The notes: a model not told the origin generated them from the letters alone. A stretch of 64,000 bases of DNA from Zootoca vivipara (GCF_963506605.1 NC_083285.1:38254001-38318000), one strand, 5' to 3'. Shown: positions 23,268-35,991, counted from the stretch's first letter. Numbers and translations are program-made.

Positions 23268-25491
23268 GTGTTTGTATGGCACACACAACTTGGTCTCCTA
23301 TTTAACTGTAGAGATGTCTTCATCCTTCATCTATTTCAGCGACTGCATACAAATAATAGCGGCATCAGAAAAGTGAAATAAACAAGACAGTATAAGTGGA
23401 CATCACTAACTTTTTTCAGTATTAGGAGATCACTTTGTGCCATTATTAATATTTTTAGATCTCTCTGGAATTTCTTGTAGGATTTATTTTTTTAATGTGG
23501 ATATCATTACATTCATTTGAGATTGTATATTTGTTTTTGCAAGCTCAAGGGCAAAAGTGATAGTAAAATGTGAAGATGTGTTTTAATGTTTTTATTTCAT
23601 ATTAAAAAGATAATGTACTGAAAATTTCTCTACATTGCCTATTGTTTTTAGGGGTGGGAAGTGCTAAGATAATAAAGGGAAATGCATTTTGGATGCATTT
23701 TGTTGAAACTGTGCAGCTAAGTTTAGTCTATTGTAGTTTCCAGCATTTTTTCTGTAGAATACTGTAACATTTTAATAAATAAATGTAAACCTGTTGTATA
23801 CATTTCTGTATCTGTCCTAGTTTTAATTGTAGTAACTCCAATTAACCCTATTCTCTATTTTTAATAATAGTTCTCTACTTTAGTGCTTAATGTCATATCA
23901 CTGATCAAATTGGCAATAGGTGTCCTTAGAGCAAAACATATTTATTAGTAAAATTGTGTGAAAGAAAATTTACATTAAATAAACTGAACTACTTTTTTAC
24001 TGAATAAATACAATGTTAAATCATTAACTGCAGATTTAAAATTCCAGTCTTATTACAAAAGGGTTATGCTCTCAAGCAAAAACCTCTATTTTTATGTAGC
24101 TAAAATGACTTCTATGTGTAGATTTCTCTTTTTTTTCCAACTTAGAATTTTGATTGAACCATCATGGATGTTCATATTCCAAAACATTTCATACTTACAT
24201 TAAAAAGGCATTGTTATGTTACGTATTATGCATCAACCAAGGTTAAAAGTTCTGCTGATGAATGCTACAATTTTAGTCTGCCATAATTTGTTCTCAGATG
24301 CATTTACCAATCAAGTAACTTCAATTAATTTCAAGTGTGGGTTATTACAAATATAATGTGAATGTATCAATTTGCAGCACTTATGGGATCTTGATATTAC
24401 TGCATATTCTATACAAAATGCAATAAACTTATTTTTAACATTCTAGTCTCATCAAAAATTGGTATTAATGCAATCAAACATTAACCTTAACTTTTGATGT
24501 AAAATTATCTTACTACCTCACCTTACTTGATGCTATAGAGAGGCACATCTATGGAGCAATCCATTGATTCCAATAGAAGGGGAAATTAGTATACTGACTC
24601 TATGGTTGTGTTCCCTCCTTCCACCTTTCCAAGGGCATGCTCATTAGACCAAATACAGCTCATTTTTGCTCTCTTCACCTTTTCTCTGACATCTCTGGAG
24701 AGGCATATGAGGGCTGCCTGCCTATGGAAAGGTAACTCTAGCATCCCCTTGCTTCTGGACCATAGAAGTACACTCTTAGGCATACTTATTAGTTCTAATG
24801 TTTTGAAGGGCTTTAGCGTACCTAACTCTGATCAGGCTGCAAGGCTACAGTTAAGAGCACAGGTAGGCTGCTTGCATCTCAGTGACCCGTAAGTTATAAG
24901 TAGCCTAACTGCGCAATACTGTATTCTAAATTAGTTATGAACTAGTGTGCTTATTACGGACATTTTTTCCTTAATTAAATTGTAATGGTTCATAGGGAAA
25001 TGTGGAACATGTCAATGACAACAAGTGTTATTTCTATATTTTACATGAAAAAGATTCCAGATACTTGGCATTTCTAGTTAGAGATAGAAGAAATTGAGCC
25101 TCAAGTGACAGTGATAGATCCAGAAGTGTCCCTAAGTTACGTACCCACTCCTTCAGGGGTAGTATAGCCCCGTCAAAAGCAGGCACCATTGATACAGGCA
25201 ACCAAAGCCGTTTCCAGGCCTAAACATAAATTGAAATGGGTCTAGAAAATTGGTTTCATCCAAGAAAACCTGGATCTAGCCCTTAACCATGTGCTCAGGA
25301 TCTTGCCTTCCTATATCCTATGCCCAACACTTGAACCATTACCTCTGTTTAGGTAGTCCATGTGACTATTTTGGCATCTTTCTCATGATGCTACTAACCT
25401 CTCTGCTTTGCAAAGGAAACTGCATTAAAGTCATTAAAAAAACCCATAGGTTATACTGGAGTAGAATCTATTTCAGGCAGGCTCTCGGAGA

Positions 25492-25545
25492 TAGCAGCTT
25501 GCCAACAGATATACTGGGTAGCAGCTTGCCAACAGATATACTGGG
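25492..25545. repeat. Perfect 27-bp tandem duplication
   Basis: TAGCAGCTTGCCAACAGATATACTGGG x2. Confidence 0.9.
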
Positions 25546-26086
25546 TAGATCATATCTAGTTATATCCTCAATTTCTCTTATTTCAGTTGTCCAAAATATA
25601 TTTGGGCAAGAGTAAAAATATGCTGCATATCACCATTCATTGTTTTGTATCTTCAACATAGGTTATCTCCTATATATGTGGTTTAATACATACCAGTGAA
25701 AAATGAATTCATAACAATCTTTATGGTTTGATGCAAATGCCATAAGCACCACAATGCTTATGGTTTGATGCAAAACATATTGCCCAAGATCCTTTATTTG
25801 AAATGATGTGCTACTTGTTACGTCAATATTAATGATAATATATTGTTTATTTAATAATCTGTGTTGGGTCTTTAAATGTTAAAAGATTTAGATTCTACAA
25901 GTTCTGAAATAGTACCATGTTTACCAACTGAATTGTTGGCAGTGTTTTGTAATTGCAAGTACTGAAAAGTGTTGGTTGGGTCTGGAGCATTTTTTAAAAA
26001 TGTACAGTAATGTGGCACAATAGTGGCACTAGATGGCACTTTAAAGTGTTTTTGCATGCCAGCTCCTAAGGCAACCTTATGCTTGC

Positions 26087-26225
26087 CAGTGCTTTTTTTC
26101 TAAAAAAAAAAAGGTTTAGGAGTACTTTCATCTTCCTACTCATATTGAAATACTGTCCCTCAATAAGGCCAAACTTAGATTCTTCAAATGTTTAGGGGTA
26201 TGCGTACCCCCAGAAAAAAGCACTA
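26087..26225. mobile_element. Short hAT-like MITE
   Basis: TIRs CAGTGCTTTTTTTC / GAAAAAAGCACTA. Confidence 0.6.
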
Positions 26226-27859
26226 TAACAAAGGTAGTTTTGACATGACATTCTGTCTGACAGCTTCAGGATATATTAGTCCTTTTCGTCATATTACTTG
26301 TTGCACAACAATCTTATGTAACTTGGGCAAAGTATTAAAAGACAAGTATTAATATTGATAAGTATATATGTTTGTCAATGCCTCTTCTTAGGGGTCTTTA
26401 GATGACTATGACTGGGCTTGCTATTTGATATTTACAAGCATGGAACTGCAATTGACATGTAAGGATAGTCTATTTTAAACCTAAAGATATGAATTACATG
26501 CTGGCCTATCAGTTATTCACAGTGCCAATAAATGTTACTGCATTCCAGCATGACAGGAAGAGAGTTCAGATCATTACATCTCAAGAGGGGCTTGTTCTCC
26601 ACAGCAGTGCAGCATTGGAGTCCAAGGCATCCTGCAAGCCATCTCTGTGCTACTAAGCCAGCCTGCCAAGATGGTTCTGGATTTCACAGCCGCTCACGGA
26701 GTTCTTCTCTTGCAACCTCTAGATTTCAAAAGGACACATTTTTCTTGTGTGACATCACACCTCCTGTAACCTTCCCCTCCCCACTCTATTCACCCAGAGG
26801 GCAGGCAGAGGGTCAGTGACTGGGCATTGTCTGGCATTTACACCATGATGGTCTTTCTCCCCAGGTCATTTCCTAACATCTGACATCTTTCCTTCCTTAT
26901 TTCAAATATCTAAATTCTACCATTTATTAATTTCTAACATTCCCTAACTAGCAGTTGTGGGTTCCCTTGCCCCTCAGAACTGTTACCCCAGATTTGCAAC
27001 AATATATCCATGCTGTAGGTGAAGGGTTGTAGCAGACAGATGGTGGATGAGTTCCAAGGACTCGCCTCTGAATACGGTACTACACTATCAGGATTTCTGA
27101 CCCCTCAAATACTCTCCCCCTGAAATAGCCTTTTGTAGTCCATTGCTTTCCAAAGCTTTTGTCAGAAACACTCTTGCCCATTAAGCACAACTTGAAGATT
27201 TCCTTTTTATTTTTTCTAAATCAAGTTACAATTTAAACCACCCAATTCATACCCACAATCTGGTTGCAAAGTACTGCACTCTTGTGGATCAAGCTCTGGT
27301 CCACATTTAAGAGCCTTACCAGACCTTACTAAGATAGTAATTGTTGTGCCTGAGAACAGAAATTACTGCAAAACGTCGTTTTTTTGTTAGTCGACTGATC
27401 AACGCGCCGTCCTTTTCGAGCAACAGGAGTATTGCGGTGTGCGTGCAGCTTTTCTAAAAATTTATTTTTTAAAATATTTTTGGTGGTATTAAAAGCCAAA
27501 CGATATAGGAAATGCACTGAAACGCTCTAGAAACAAGCAATGCAAACTCCAATGAGCAGATCTCAGTACGTGGAAGTTTCCACAAAATTTCCACCACGCA
27601 CGAACTGGACGCCGCGCTGCCAACTAGGTAACCTTGTTCCTTCTCCTTCACCCAACTACTTAAGTTCACGGTCGCCTCTAGGGTTTAAACCAGACGGTGC
27701 TAGTCATAGGAAGGTCCAGCTAGCGGCTCTCTCCAAGGTCTGGTGCTTGTTGCGTATTCGCCCTCCCTCTACCCGCTTCCCGGTATTTCACGGCCTCTCC
27801 AAGGCAAAGCGAGGCAAGGCAATGGAGGGGGGCGTAGGGGAGAGCGGCAGCGCTAGGCG

Positions 27860-28059
27860 AGGTGACAGGATTGGTTCTTCAGAGCGTCGGCGGAGTGACG
27901 CACGCTCGCGGGGCCCCGGCGCCCAATCGCAGCGCACTTTTTTGGATCGTCGCTCCGCCCTTTTGCGTCAGAGAAGGACAAAGTCATTGAGGAAGGGTGA
28001 TATTCGGCCTTTGAGTGCAGTCTCCGGCGGAGGGGAAGTGGGTTCCGCCATCTTAGAAG
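27860..28059 (+). promoter_or_regulatory. SLC25A3: SLC25A3 CpG-island promoter and non-coding exon 1
   Basis: ATTGG/CCAAT boxes, CRE-like TGACGCA and GCGTCA, YY1-type CCGCCATCTT near 28045; donor AG|GTGAGT at 28060. Confidence 0.7.
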
Positions 28060-28253
28060 GTGAGTCCCTGAGGGGAATGGGCTGCAGGGGCGGCTTTTCC
28101 GTTCTCGCACCATTGCCGCGTTCCCGCGTGTTCAGTCCCGGCTGCTGACGAAGACAGTTTTGTCCGTCCGTCCCCCCCCCAGCACGGCGAGGGGGCGCCT
28201 CCTGCTTTTAACCACATTCCTCGTTCTCCCTCCCGCAGCTTCCTGTCGCCGCC

Positions 28254-28407
28254 ATGTTCTCGTCCATAGTGCCGCTTGTGCGGCTCAATCCATTCCACGC
28301 CCCGCAGCTGCAACTGCAGCAGGATGGCCTCAGCCTAAGGAAACTCCCGGCCGAACCCGCGGAGCCTTCGTGTACCCGGCGGAGCCTGGCAGCCGCTTCC
28401 GCAGACG
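28254..28407 (+). CDS. SLC25A3: Mitochondrial phosphate carrier, first coding exon (presequence)
   Basis: GCCGCCATG; MFSSIVPLVRLNPFHAPQLQL...LAAASAD; acceptor ccgcag ends 28238; donor GTAAGT at 28408. Confidence 0.93.
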
Positions 28408-30204
28408 GTAAGTGGGCGGGGGGACGCGGACGTACGACCTTTCCCTCAGTTCCTTCTCTGGAAGGGCCCCCGGTTTTTGAATTCTCTCTCGGGTGGGGTT
28501 CAGGTACCTGGCCCCCTGGGTTCCTCTTGGAGGACATGGAAGGTCATTGCAGGCCGGGCTTTTGCTTGGCTCACGGTGCCTCCTTGGCTGAGCCCCTTCC
28601 GTTTCCTCCCACTGGAAAAGGCCAGGATGAGTTCCCGCCTGTGCCCTGAGCCCCGCCTGTGTAGGCCTCGGAGGAGGCTTGCTCCGCGGCGACCTTGGGG
28701 CTGGAAGGCGTCGGGCCTAACCATGCCTTGCATATGGTTGGGGACATAATGTCTTCTAGTGCGTGGTCGCCCTCGGCGGCTTAAGGATGCTGTCTGCGGA
28801 GAAGCCCAAGGCTAGTAGAAGACTGCATGTCTCCATGGCAACTAGTCAGCGGCCTGGTCCTTCCCCGGGTGGGTAACACTTACTTTTAAAGGAGGATGAT
28901 ATGGTGTGGACAAGGTCACAGGCTTAGAATGACACTGGGAGGAGCAGGTGAGGCTAAGTAGTTTTCCACACTCTCGTTTATGTTGAAGGTTTTATTAGGT
29001 CGATACAATGTTGCACCTATAAGCAACCAATATTTTAAAGTCTCATAATGAAAATAAGCAAACTTCCATACAAATGTTCTCCATCAACTTCGTCTCAGTG
29101 GTGCCATATCTGTTTTCTTACAGTGACACGAGATCTACTACTAAACCTTTACATTGTTTAATTGCATAGGGCAGCCGTATATCAAAAAAAGAGTGAAGAG
29201 GGTTTTGTAGCACATTTAAAAGATGAACATAGTTGTAGTGGCCTGTGAAAGACTCTGCTTTGTCAGATGCATCCTCCGTTGGCACATACCAACATGTCAT
29301 TCAACTCAATTAAGCTTTGTTTTTTGTATTTAAAAAAAATCAAAAGAAACCCTTATAGCAGTTTCTTTTTATGTTACAAGAATTATTAGAGCATGTACCT
29401 TTGAGGCAATCGTTTTGAATCTAAGACGTACATTATACGTATTTACTTGCCTTATTTTTTTTTATAATGAATAAATCCTCACAATATATTCTTACAAAGA
29501 TACTGGGATAATCATGTGAAAATCTATTGACCAGTGAGTGTTTATATGCCCACATAAAGAATTGCACAGCAGTAACTTGTGAAATTACTGGTACTTGTTG
29601 GTTTAGCCCTTACAAGGCAATCTGAAATTAGGACCTAGTAAGTTACCTAAAACACAATCAACCTCAATTGAATTGAATTTAAATTTTAAAAAATGTTTTA
29701 TATCCTGTATATATGTTATTTTGGCATAACTGGACATTTACCCTTGTCTAATATTTATGTGGCTATTAATATCTGCACAGCACATCTCTTGGAAGAAAGC
29801 ATTGCCTTAAGCAGAATGCACCTTGTAAATACCTATATTTTGGTCATTCCTATGACACGTGCAGCAACTATTCTATTATTTTGAATCCCATTCATGTTGG
29901 ATTAGACAGCTTTGTCAAGTAGCATACCAACCTACGTGTTGATATTGAATCTGGTCCTTGAACCTGGTGGAACATGGTTTGAAAGTGAATTAAGATCCAT
30001 TTTAATTACTTTAATAATGTTTTCAGGCAGTCTTGGTAAAAAGAATAAATGGTTTTAGTTGACCTACTACCACTTCATAAATTTTGGAAGACAAACTTGT
30101 TTTAGGAGAAAAGTGAAATTTCTTGATTGAGTTAACTTGATTAATGCTAACTTCAAATGCCACTTCTGTAGTTTGTCAACTTGTACTTATCTCTTTTTAA
30201 GCAG

Positions 30205-30329
30205 ACGACTATAGCTGTGCATATGGTTCTGGCAGATTCTTCATCCTTTGTGGCTTTGGTGGGATTATTAGCTGTGGTACCACGCACACAGCATTGGTTC
30301 CTTTAGATCTCGTTAAATGCCGAATTCAG
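30205..30329 (+). CDS. SLC25A3: SLC25A3 mutually exclusive exon 3A (muscle/heart-type PiC-A)
   Basis: [41 protein letters not shown]; 125 nt. Confidence 0.93.
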
Positions 30330-30485
30330 GTTTGATTGCATGTCAAGTTGGTTATCATAGCATGATAAAAGTGTGAAATCTTACTAATCAAAAGGAAGCA
30401 AGGCTTGGATTTCACCTAAATAAAGTTTTTTATATTGTTGCATGTAGTTTATTTAACAGCATGGTGTGTCTTTTCTCTGCTGCAG

Positions 30486-30610
30486 AAGAATACAGTTGTG
30501 AATATGGCTCTCTCAAGTTTTACGCTCTCTGTGGCTTTGGTGGGGTCCTAAGTTGTGGTCTGACACATACAGCAGTGGTACCTTTGGATTTAGTGAAGTG
30601 TCGCATCCAG
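30486..30610 (+). CDS. SLC25A3: SLC25A3 mutually exclusive exon 3B (ubiquitous PiC-B)
   Basis: [41 protein letters not shown]; NAGNAG acceptor (start 30486 or 30489). Confidence 0.93.
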
Positions 30611-32128
30611 GTTTGTATGCTGCCAAATAATGGATTTTTTCCCTATCGTTCGGGATGAAATAATTGGACAAATTTTAAATTGAGCCAGATTTAGTTAGGA
30701 ACGGGATTTGACAAATACCGGTAAACGGTAATGGCAGATACTTGTGTTTGAAAGCTTCATGAGTAATCAGAAATCATGATTATACCTTCAGCACAAATAC
30801 GTCTAAAAGATTTGAGCCTGATATGTTTGAATACTAAACATTCAGAATTTTTATAATGCATGTAGCATAAAGGCTGAATGTCTTCATGCGTGTGCCATTT
30901 CTTTGTTGTGGAGTTATAATTTGAAGAAAAGATAAGAATGATCCATGCATTTGACAATGGAAGCTTGAATATGTGAGGACGTAGTCGATGAGAAACAGTA
31001 TGCAAATTAGCTTAGAAGTTGCACTGAATTCAATGGGAATCACTCCCAAGGAAGCGTGCATAGGATTTTAGCCATGTAATTAATCAACCTCTAGCTTTAT
31101 GGCAGAAGGAAAGGTGGAATGAATAATCTGAAGTTAACCCTTTGCTTATATTTCTAATCTATTAAAAAGAGTGCTTTGATTTTAGATATTTATTTCACAA
31201 AGTTCAACTATTATATTCCTCTAAAGCAGCTAAAAGTCTTGAGGAAATATGCTTGAGCTGTGTATGATCCAAGTATACATTACAGAAAATGTAATCCTGT
31301 TCATGCAGAAGTCAGAAAGAGGCCAGGAAGTAAGATGAAAGGTGAAATGGAACAAGTCAGTAGAGGGCGACATGAGGTAGGAAGGTAGGACCAGAGAGTA
31401 TTAACATCTTATAAAGTCAATATATATATATATATATTTTACAAAATAGCATATTGCCAATTTCTGCATAAAATATTTTTGTAATTGAACAGTTTTTACT
31501 GGATTGCACATATCTAGGCAAAACTTAAATAGCTCTAAAAAATTGCAGCCTTTTTCAGAACATTTATGCACAACTTTTCTGAGTACTTCTTTTTACAATT
31601 GATTTATTAATCGCTTTCTAAACCACTGTTTCGGATGCATTTACACATAAGATAATGAAACAGTTGAACACAAAAGCTAATACATTTAAAACAAGACAAA
31701 AACCCTAACAAGTGGACACGTGTTAAATACCCATTTATTCAGTTGAGACAGTACTGGTGTTCTTACAATGAAGAGTAACAATTCATCCCACCCCAGTGCG
31801 CTGTTAGTTTTGGTGGTATTAAAGTTTGAATATCTGCATCCTGATATAGTTCAACCCAAATCCTGTCATCTTTCACTTAATGCAAGTCATATTTGCTACT
31901 GCCTAAATCCTTCTCCCACCCGAAGCACATTCATAATACGTTGCTTAATTGAACATTTCAATATTGGATGATTACAATTATTCTGTTGTAGAATTAACTT
32001 AGTTGTATGGTGCATCACAGCTTCCATTGTACCACATAGAATGATACATTGTTAGAACTGGATGTGTCTTTGATTAAATTTCCAAATTGATGAGTAGAGC
32101 AGGTTTGGCCAGTTGTATATATCTTATA

Positions 32129-32304
32129 CAGTGGAACCTCAGTTTTTGGATGTAATCCGTGATGGAGGCACGTCCTCAACCCGCAGCGTTTGTAACTCAC
32201 AGCGGCAAAACCCGGAAGTAACCCTTTCCGGTACTTCAGGGTTTCCCACGGTACGCAACCTGACAACGCATAACCCGAAGCGTCTGTAACCCGAGGTTCC
32301 ACTG
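32129..32304. mobile_element. pogo/Tigger-like MITE
   Basis: TA|CAGTGGAACCTC ... GAGGTTCCACTG|TA; internal hairpin CCGGAAG/CTTTCCGG. Confidence 0.82.
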
Positions 32305-32664
32305 TATATGCATATATATTTAAGTTGCTTCAAAACCCAGGATCTTATACTTGCAGCCTGTATTTGTTCTTCATGTTACTACTTGTCACAGAACTTTCTC
32401 TTTCCCCCCTTCAAAAATTACTTCCACAAAACCTTTCATGAAGTTCTGCAATCATCTTGCCACTGTCAGTTGACTTGTAATTTTTAACATTTTTAATCTT
32501 TCTCTTCACTGCATTCTTCTTCACTTGGTAAAAATCCTAAGCTCTTTAAAACAATCATTAAGTCCTCTACAATGTCTATATGTTTGGAGTATATTGGTTG
32601 TTGCTGTGAATGTGAGAAAGGTTTTAAAAAATTATTAACTGCTGACTTCTCAAAACTTGTTTAG

Positions 32665-32844
32665 GTGGATCCACAAAAATATAAGAGCATCTTCAATGGC
32701 TTTTCAGTTACTGTCAAAGAGGATGGTGTTCGTGGTTTGGCAAAAGGATGGGCTCCAACATTTATTGGATATTCCATGCAAGGGCTCTGCAAATTTGGTT
32801 TCTATGAAGTCTTCAAAGTCATGTATAGCAACATGTTGGGAGAG
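32665..32844 (+). CDS. SLC25A3: SLC25A3 exon 4
   Basis: VDPQKYKSIFNGFSVTVKEDG...LGE; 180 nt; GT-AG. Confidence 0.96.
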
Positions 32845-32943
32845 GTAAGTTTATTTATCCTGCAGTTCAGCACCCCTTTATTGTGAATTTGTCCAAGGAA
32901 TATGACATAAACATATTTTCTGGTCTGTTAAATTTTATTTCAG

Positions 32944-33125
32944 GAAAATACATATTTGTGGCGTACATCACTATACTTGGCTGCATCTGCCAGTGCAGAG
33001 TTCTTTGCTGATATTGCTCTGGCTCCAATGGAAGCTGCTAAGGTGCGCATTCAGACACAGCCTGGGTATGCAAATACACTGAGACAAGCTGCTCCAAAAA
33101 TGTTTGCAGAAGAAGGCATTTGGGC
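32944..33125 (+). CDS. SLC25A3: SLC25A3 exon 5
   Basis: ENTYLWRTSLYLAASASAEFFADIALAPMEAAKVRIQT...; 182 nt; carrier PxExxK motif. Confidence 0.96.
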
Positions 33126-33287
33126 GTAAGTATTACAGCAGTTAAGCCAGGACCCTAAAGTGGCTCTTGATCCTGCACAGCTCCTGGTTTATGAACTGTT
33201 AAGCTTTGATCATGGATATTATCGCTTTAGACATGGAGCAGAGTTCTGAGTGTGATCATAGCAAGAATTTTTTAAGCAATTTGAGCC

Positions 33288-33534
33288 AACATGCTCCCTT
33301 AGATCCATCTTTGTTAGATGTCTCTTGTGCTGAGTTCTGCTTAAAGCTTTGGTTTTGAGTAGTTCCATCCAAGAGGGATCAACAACTTTATGGTTGTACA
33401 GTCAAAGATGCTTGAGTCATTGGCATGTGAGAATAATATACCTTCACTCTGGTCTTTTATGTTCTGATAGCAATGGCTGTAATACAATACATGTCATTTT
33501 CCACTATCAGGATTTGGCTAGACTGTGGACATTT
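33288..33534 (+). ncRNA. SNORA53: H/ACA snoRNA SNORA53
   Basis: Lies in the SLC25A3 intron after exon 5, as in mammals. Starts AACATGCTCCCTTAGATCCA; contains GTCAAAGATGCTTGAGTCATTGGCATGT; H box AGAATA at 33430; ACA at 33529-31, 3 nt from the end; 247 nt. Recognised from memory of the human sequence. Confidence 0.9.
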
Positions 33535-33727
33535 ATCACTCAATTCCAAGATTAAAGGCAAAAGGGACTATATACCCATTGTTCTTTTAAGAGCGAGGCT
33601 AGAGGTTTAGGTTGTTTCTGATCTGACTAGTTTGAAAGAAACACTGCAATGCAACTGTGTTTTCACAAGGGAAGGCACCACTAAACTTAATTCAGCTAAT
33701 ACTGGTATTGCTAGTGTGTGCATAAAT

Positions 33728-34133
33728 CAGGGGTCAGGCAAACATTTTCAGCAGGGGACCGGTCCACTGTCCCTCAGACCCTCAGACTATTTTTTGGGGG
33801 GGGGAATGTAAGAGCACTACGAGCCCCGGTGGCTGCTTACCAGTGTCTTGCGAGTGGCAGGTGCTGGCGGTGGCGGCAGGACGATGAGTGGCGTGCGAAA
33901 GGGCTCTGGAGAGGGGCTGCTTAATTGGCGGCCACTCAAGCGCTGCTGGTGGCAACAACAAAGCCTAGCCCCCTTCCTCCTCTAGGCAGGGCGGGGGGGG
34001 GGGAGCCAGGAGGGAGGGAGGCGCTGCCATGTGAGGGAGAGGGAGGAAGAGAGAAAGAATGTGGAAGCTGGCAATCCACGCTGCAATTCCCGGATCCAGA
34101 AGGCAATTGGGCCTGATCCGGCTCGCGGACCTT
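33728..34133. mobile_element. hAT-type MITE (same family as 1183-1631, opposite orientation, one end lost)
   Basis: CAGGGGTCAGGCAAAC TIR; body is reverse-complement similar to 1200-1631. Confidence 0.78.
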
Positions 34134-34566
34134 ATGGCATAAATGATAGAGACATGGTTGTTTAGGGCAACAGGTGATTTAGAAGCTGGTCCATCTGACT
34201 CAAAATTGTCTACACCAGGCCTAGCTTGTGGCCCTCTAGACATTATTGGACTCCAACTTTTATCAGTTCTACCCAGGGATGATGGGAGTTGTGATCCAAC
34301 AACACCTGAAGGGCAAAACATTAGTCACACCTAGTCCATACAAACTGGCTCTCCTGGGGTCTCACACAGGTGTCTTTCCCTATTCTGCCTAGTAGTGCCA
34401 GGTTTTGAGCCTGGGACCTACTGTATTAATACTATGTGCTCTACCATTGACATTCATTTGTTACATTCAGGTAGCATAACTGATTTGAATTCCTGTGTCT
34501 TCCAGAATTAACTCCAAATCAGAAGCACTTAATTTTGGGCTTTCTAATTTTTTGTCTACTTTGAAG

Positions 34567-34739
34567 TTTCTACAAAGGTGTTGTTCCATTATGGATGAGA
34601 CAGATTCCATACACCATGATGAAATTTGCCTGCTTTGAAAGAACTGTGGAAGCGCTTTACAAGTACGTTGTCCCCAAACCAAGGAGCGAATGTTCAAAAG
34701 GAGAACAGCTGGTTGTTACATTTGTAGCAGGTTATATAG
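34567..34739 (+). CDS. SLC25A3: SLC25A3 exon 6
   Basis: FYKGVVPLWMRQIPYTMMKFACFERTVE...FVAGYI; 173 nt. Confidence 0.96.
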
Positions 34740-34943
34740 GTAAGGAAATACTAACTTTTGGAATATAGTAACAGTTTAGTATTCATGAGCAAGTCATGAG
34801 TCAGGCTTGCGTGCTTCCTGTATTCTCCCACGTAGGAAAGAAGATGAAAATTACTTCAGCAGCATTTTATTTCACTTTCATAGGATCTTAGCTTGCCCTT
34901 GCATGCAGATGATAAATAATGGTATAATAAACTCCAGCTTTAT

Positions 34944-35278
34944 GGGACACGGGTGGTGCTGTGGTCTAAACCACTGAGGCTAGGGCTTGCTGATTGGAAG
35001 GTTGGCGGTTCGAATCCCCGCAACGGGATGAGCTTCTGTTGTTTGGTCCCAGCTCATGTCAACCTAGCAGTTTGAAAGCACCTCCAGCGGGAAGGAAAAC
35101 AGTGTTTCCATTCGCTGCTCTGGTTTCACCAGAAGTGGCTTAGTCATGCTGGCCACATGACCCGGAAAAACTGTCTGCGGACAAACATTGGCTCCCTTGG
35201 CCAGTAAAGCGAGATGAGCACCGCAACACTAGAGTCGTTTGTGACTGGACTTAATTGTCAGGGGTCCTTTACCTTTAC
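34944..35278 (+). mobile_element. Full-length Sauria SINE
   Basis: tRNA-like head (A-box TGGTGCTGTGG, B-box GGTTCGAATCC), ACCTTT tail, 12-bp TSD ACTCCAGCTTTA (34931-42 / 35279-90). Confidence 0.9.
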
Positions 35279-35643
35279 ACTCCAGCTTTAAAAGCCAGCT
35301 TTATAAACTATGGTTTAGTTGGCTTGTTTTGAAACTGACCTGTTTTGACAAGCACCACCAGGAAGCCACTGGCCTGAATCACACAAGTCACAATCAGATT
35401 TGTGGATGTTGCACACACAATTGGCCAATGTATTTAGTAGGTCCTGTAGGATTATTGAATTATCTAACTGCTTTTAAAGTGACGGGGCATCTAATGATAC
35501 AAGTATGTTATGTAATGAGTTGTGGAGATCTCATCTCCCTATAGCAGGTGTGAGCCGGTCTCCTGTTGACATAGGATCTTTTTGGAATAGGTATAAACAT
35601 ATTAATGAATATTTAAAATTTATGGTGACAACTTGCTTTTCAG

Positions 35644-35754
35644 CTGGGGTCTTCTGTGCCATCGTTTCACATCCTGCTGATTCTGTGGTATCCGTGTTGA
35701 ACAAAGAAAAAGGCAGTTCAGCTTTTCAAGTACTGAAGAGGTTGGGAATTAAAG
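35644..35754 (+). CDS. SLC25A3: SLC25A3 exon 7
   Basis: GVFCAIVSHPADSVVSVLNKEKGSSAFQVLKRLGIK; 111 nt. Confidence 0.96.
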
Positions 35755-35830
35755 GTGAGGATTTAAACTGATACTGAACATTGAAAGTGCACGAATAATT
35801 GCTGTTACTAATAATGTTATGTTCCAACAG

Positions 35831-35991
35831 GTGTATGGAAGGGTCTGTTCGCCCGTATTATTATGATTGGTACTCTGACAGCACTACAGTGGTTCATCTA
35901 TGACTCCGTGAAAGTTTATTTCAGACTTCCCCGCCCACCTCCACCAGAGATGCCAGAATCTCTGAAGAAAAAGCTTGGTCTTTCTGAGTAG
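35831..35991 (+). CDS. SLC25A3: SLC25A3 terminal coding exon
   Basis: [52 protein letters not shown]; TAG 35989-91; AATAAA at 36055. Confidence 0.96.

Noticed and set aside
27540-28749. 202-aa and other ORFs over the SLC25A3 promoter; similar ORFs at 4342-5559 and 48231-49014
   Set aside because: GC-rich CpG islands are depleted of stop codons; the translations are low-complexity and only the spliced exons match known proteins.
34944-35025. tRNA gene (A and B boxes present; also near 62967)
   Set aside because: This is the tRNA-derived head of a Sauria SINE with TSDs; no complete cloverleaf.
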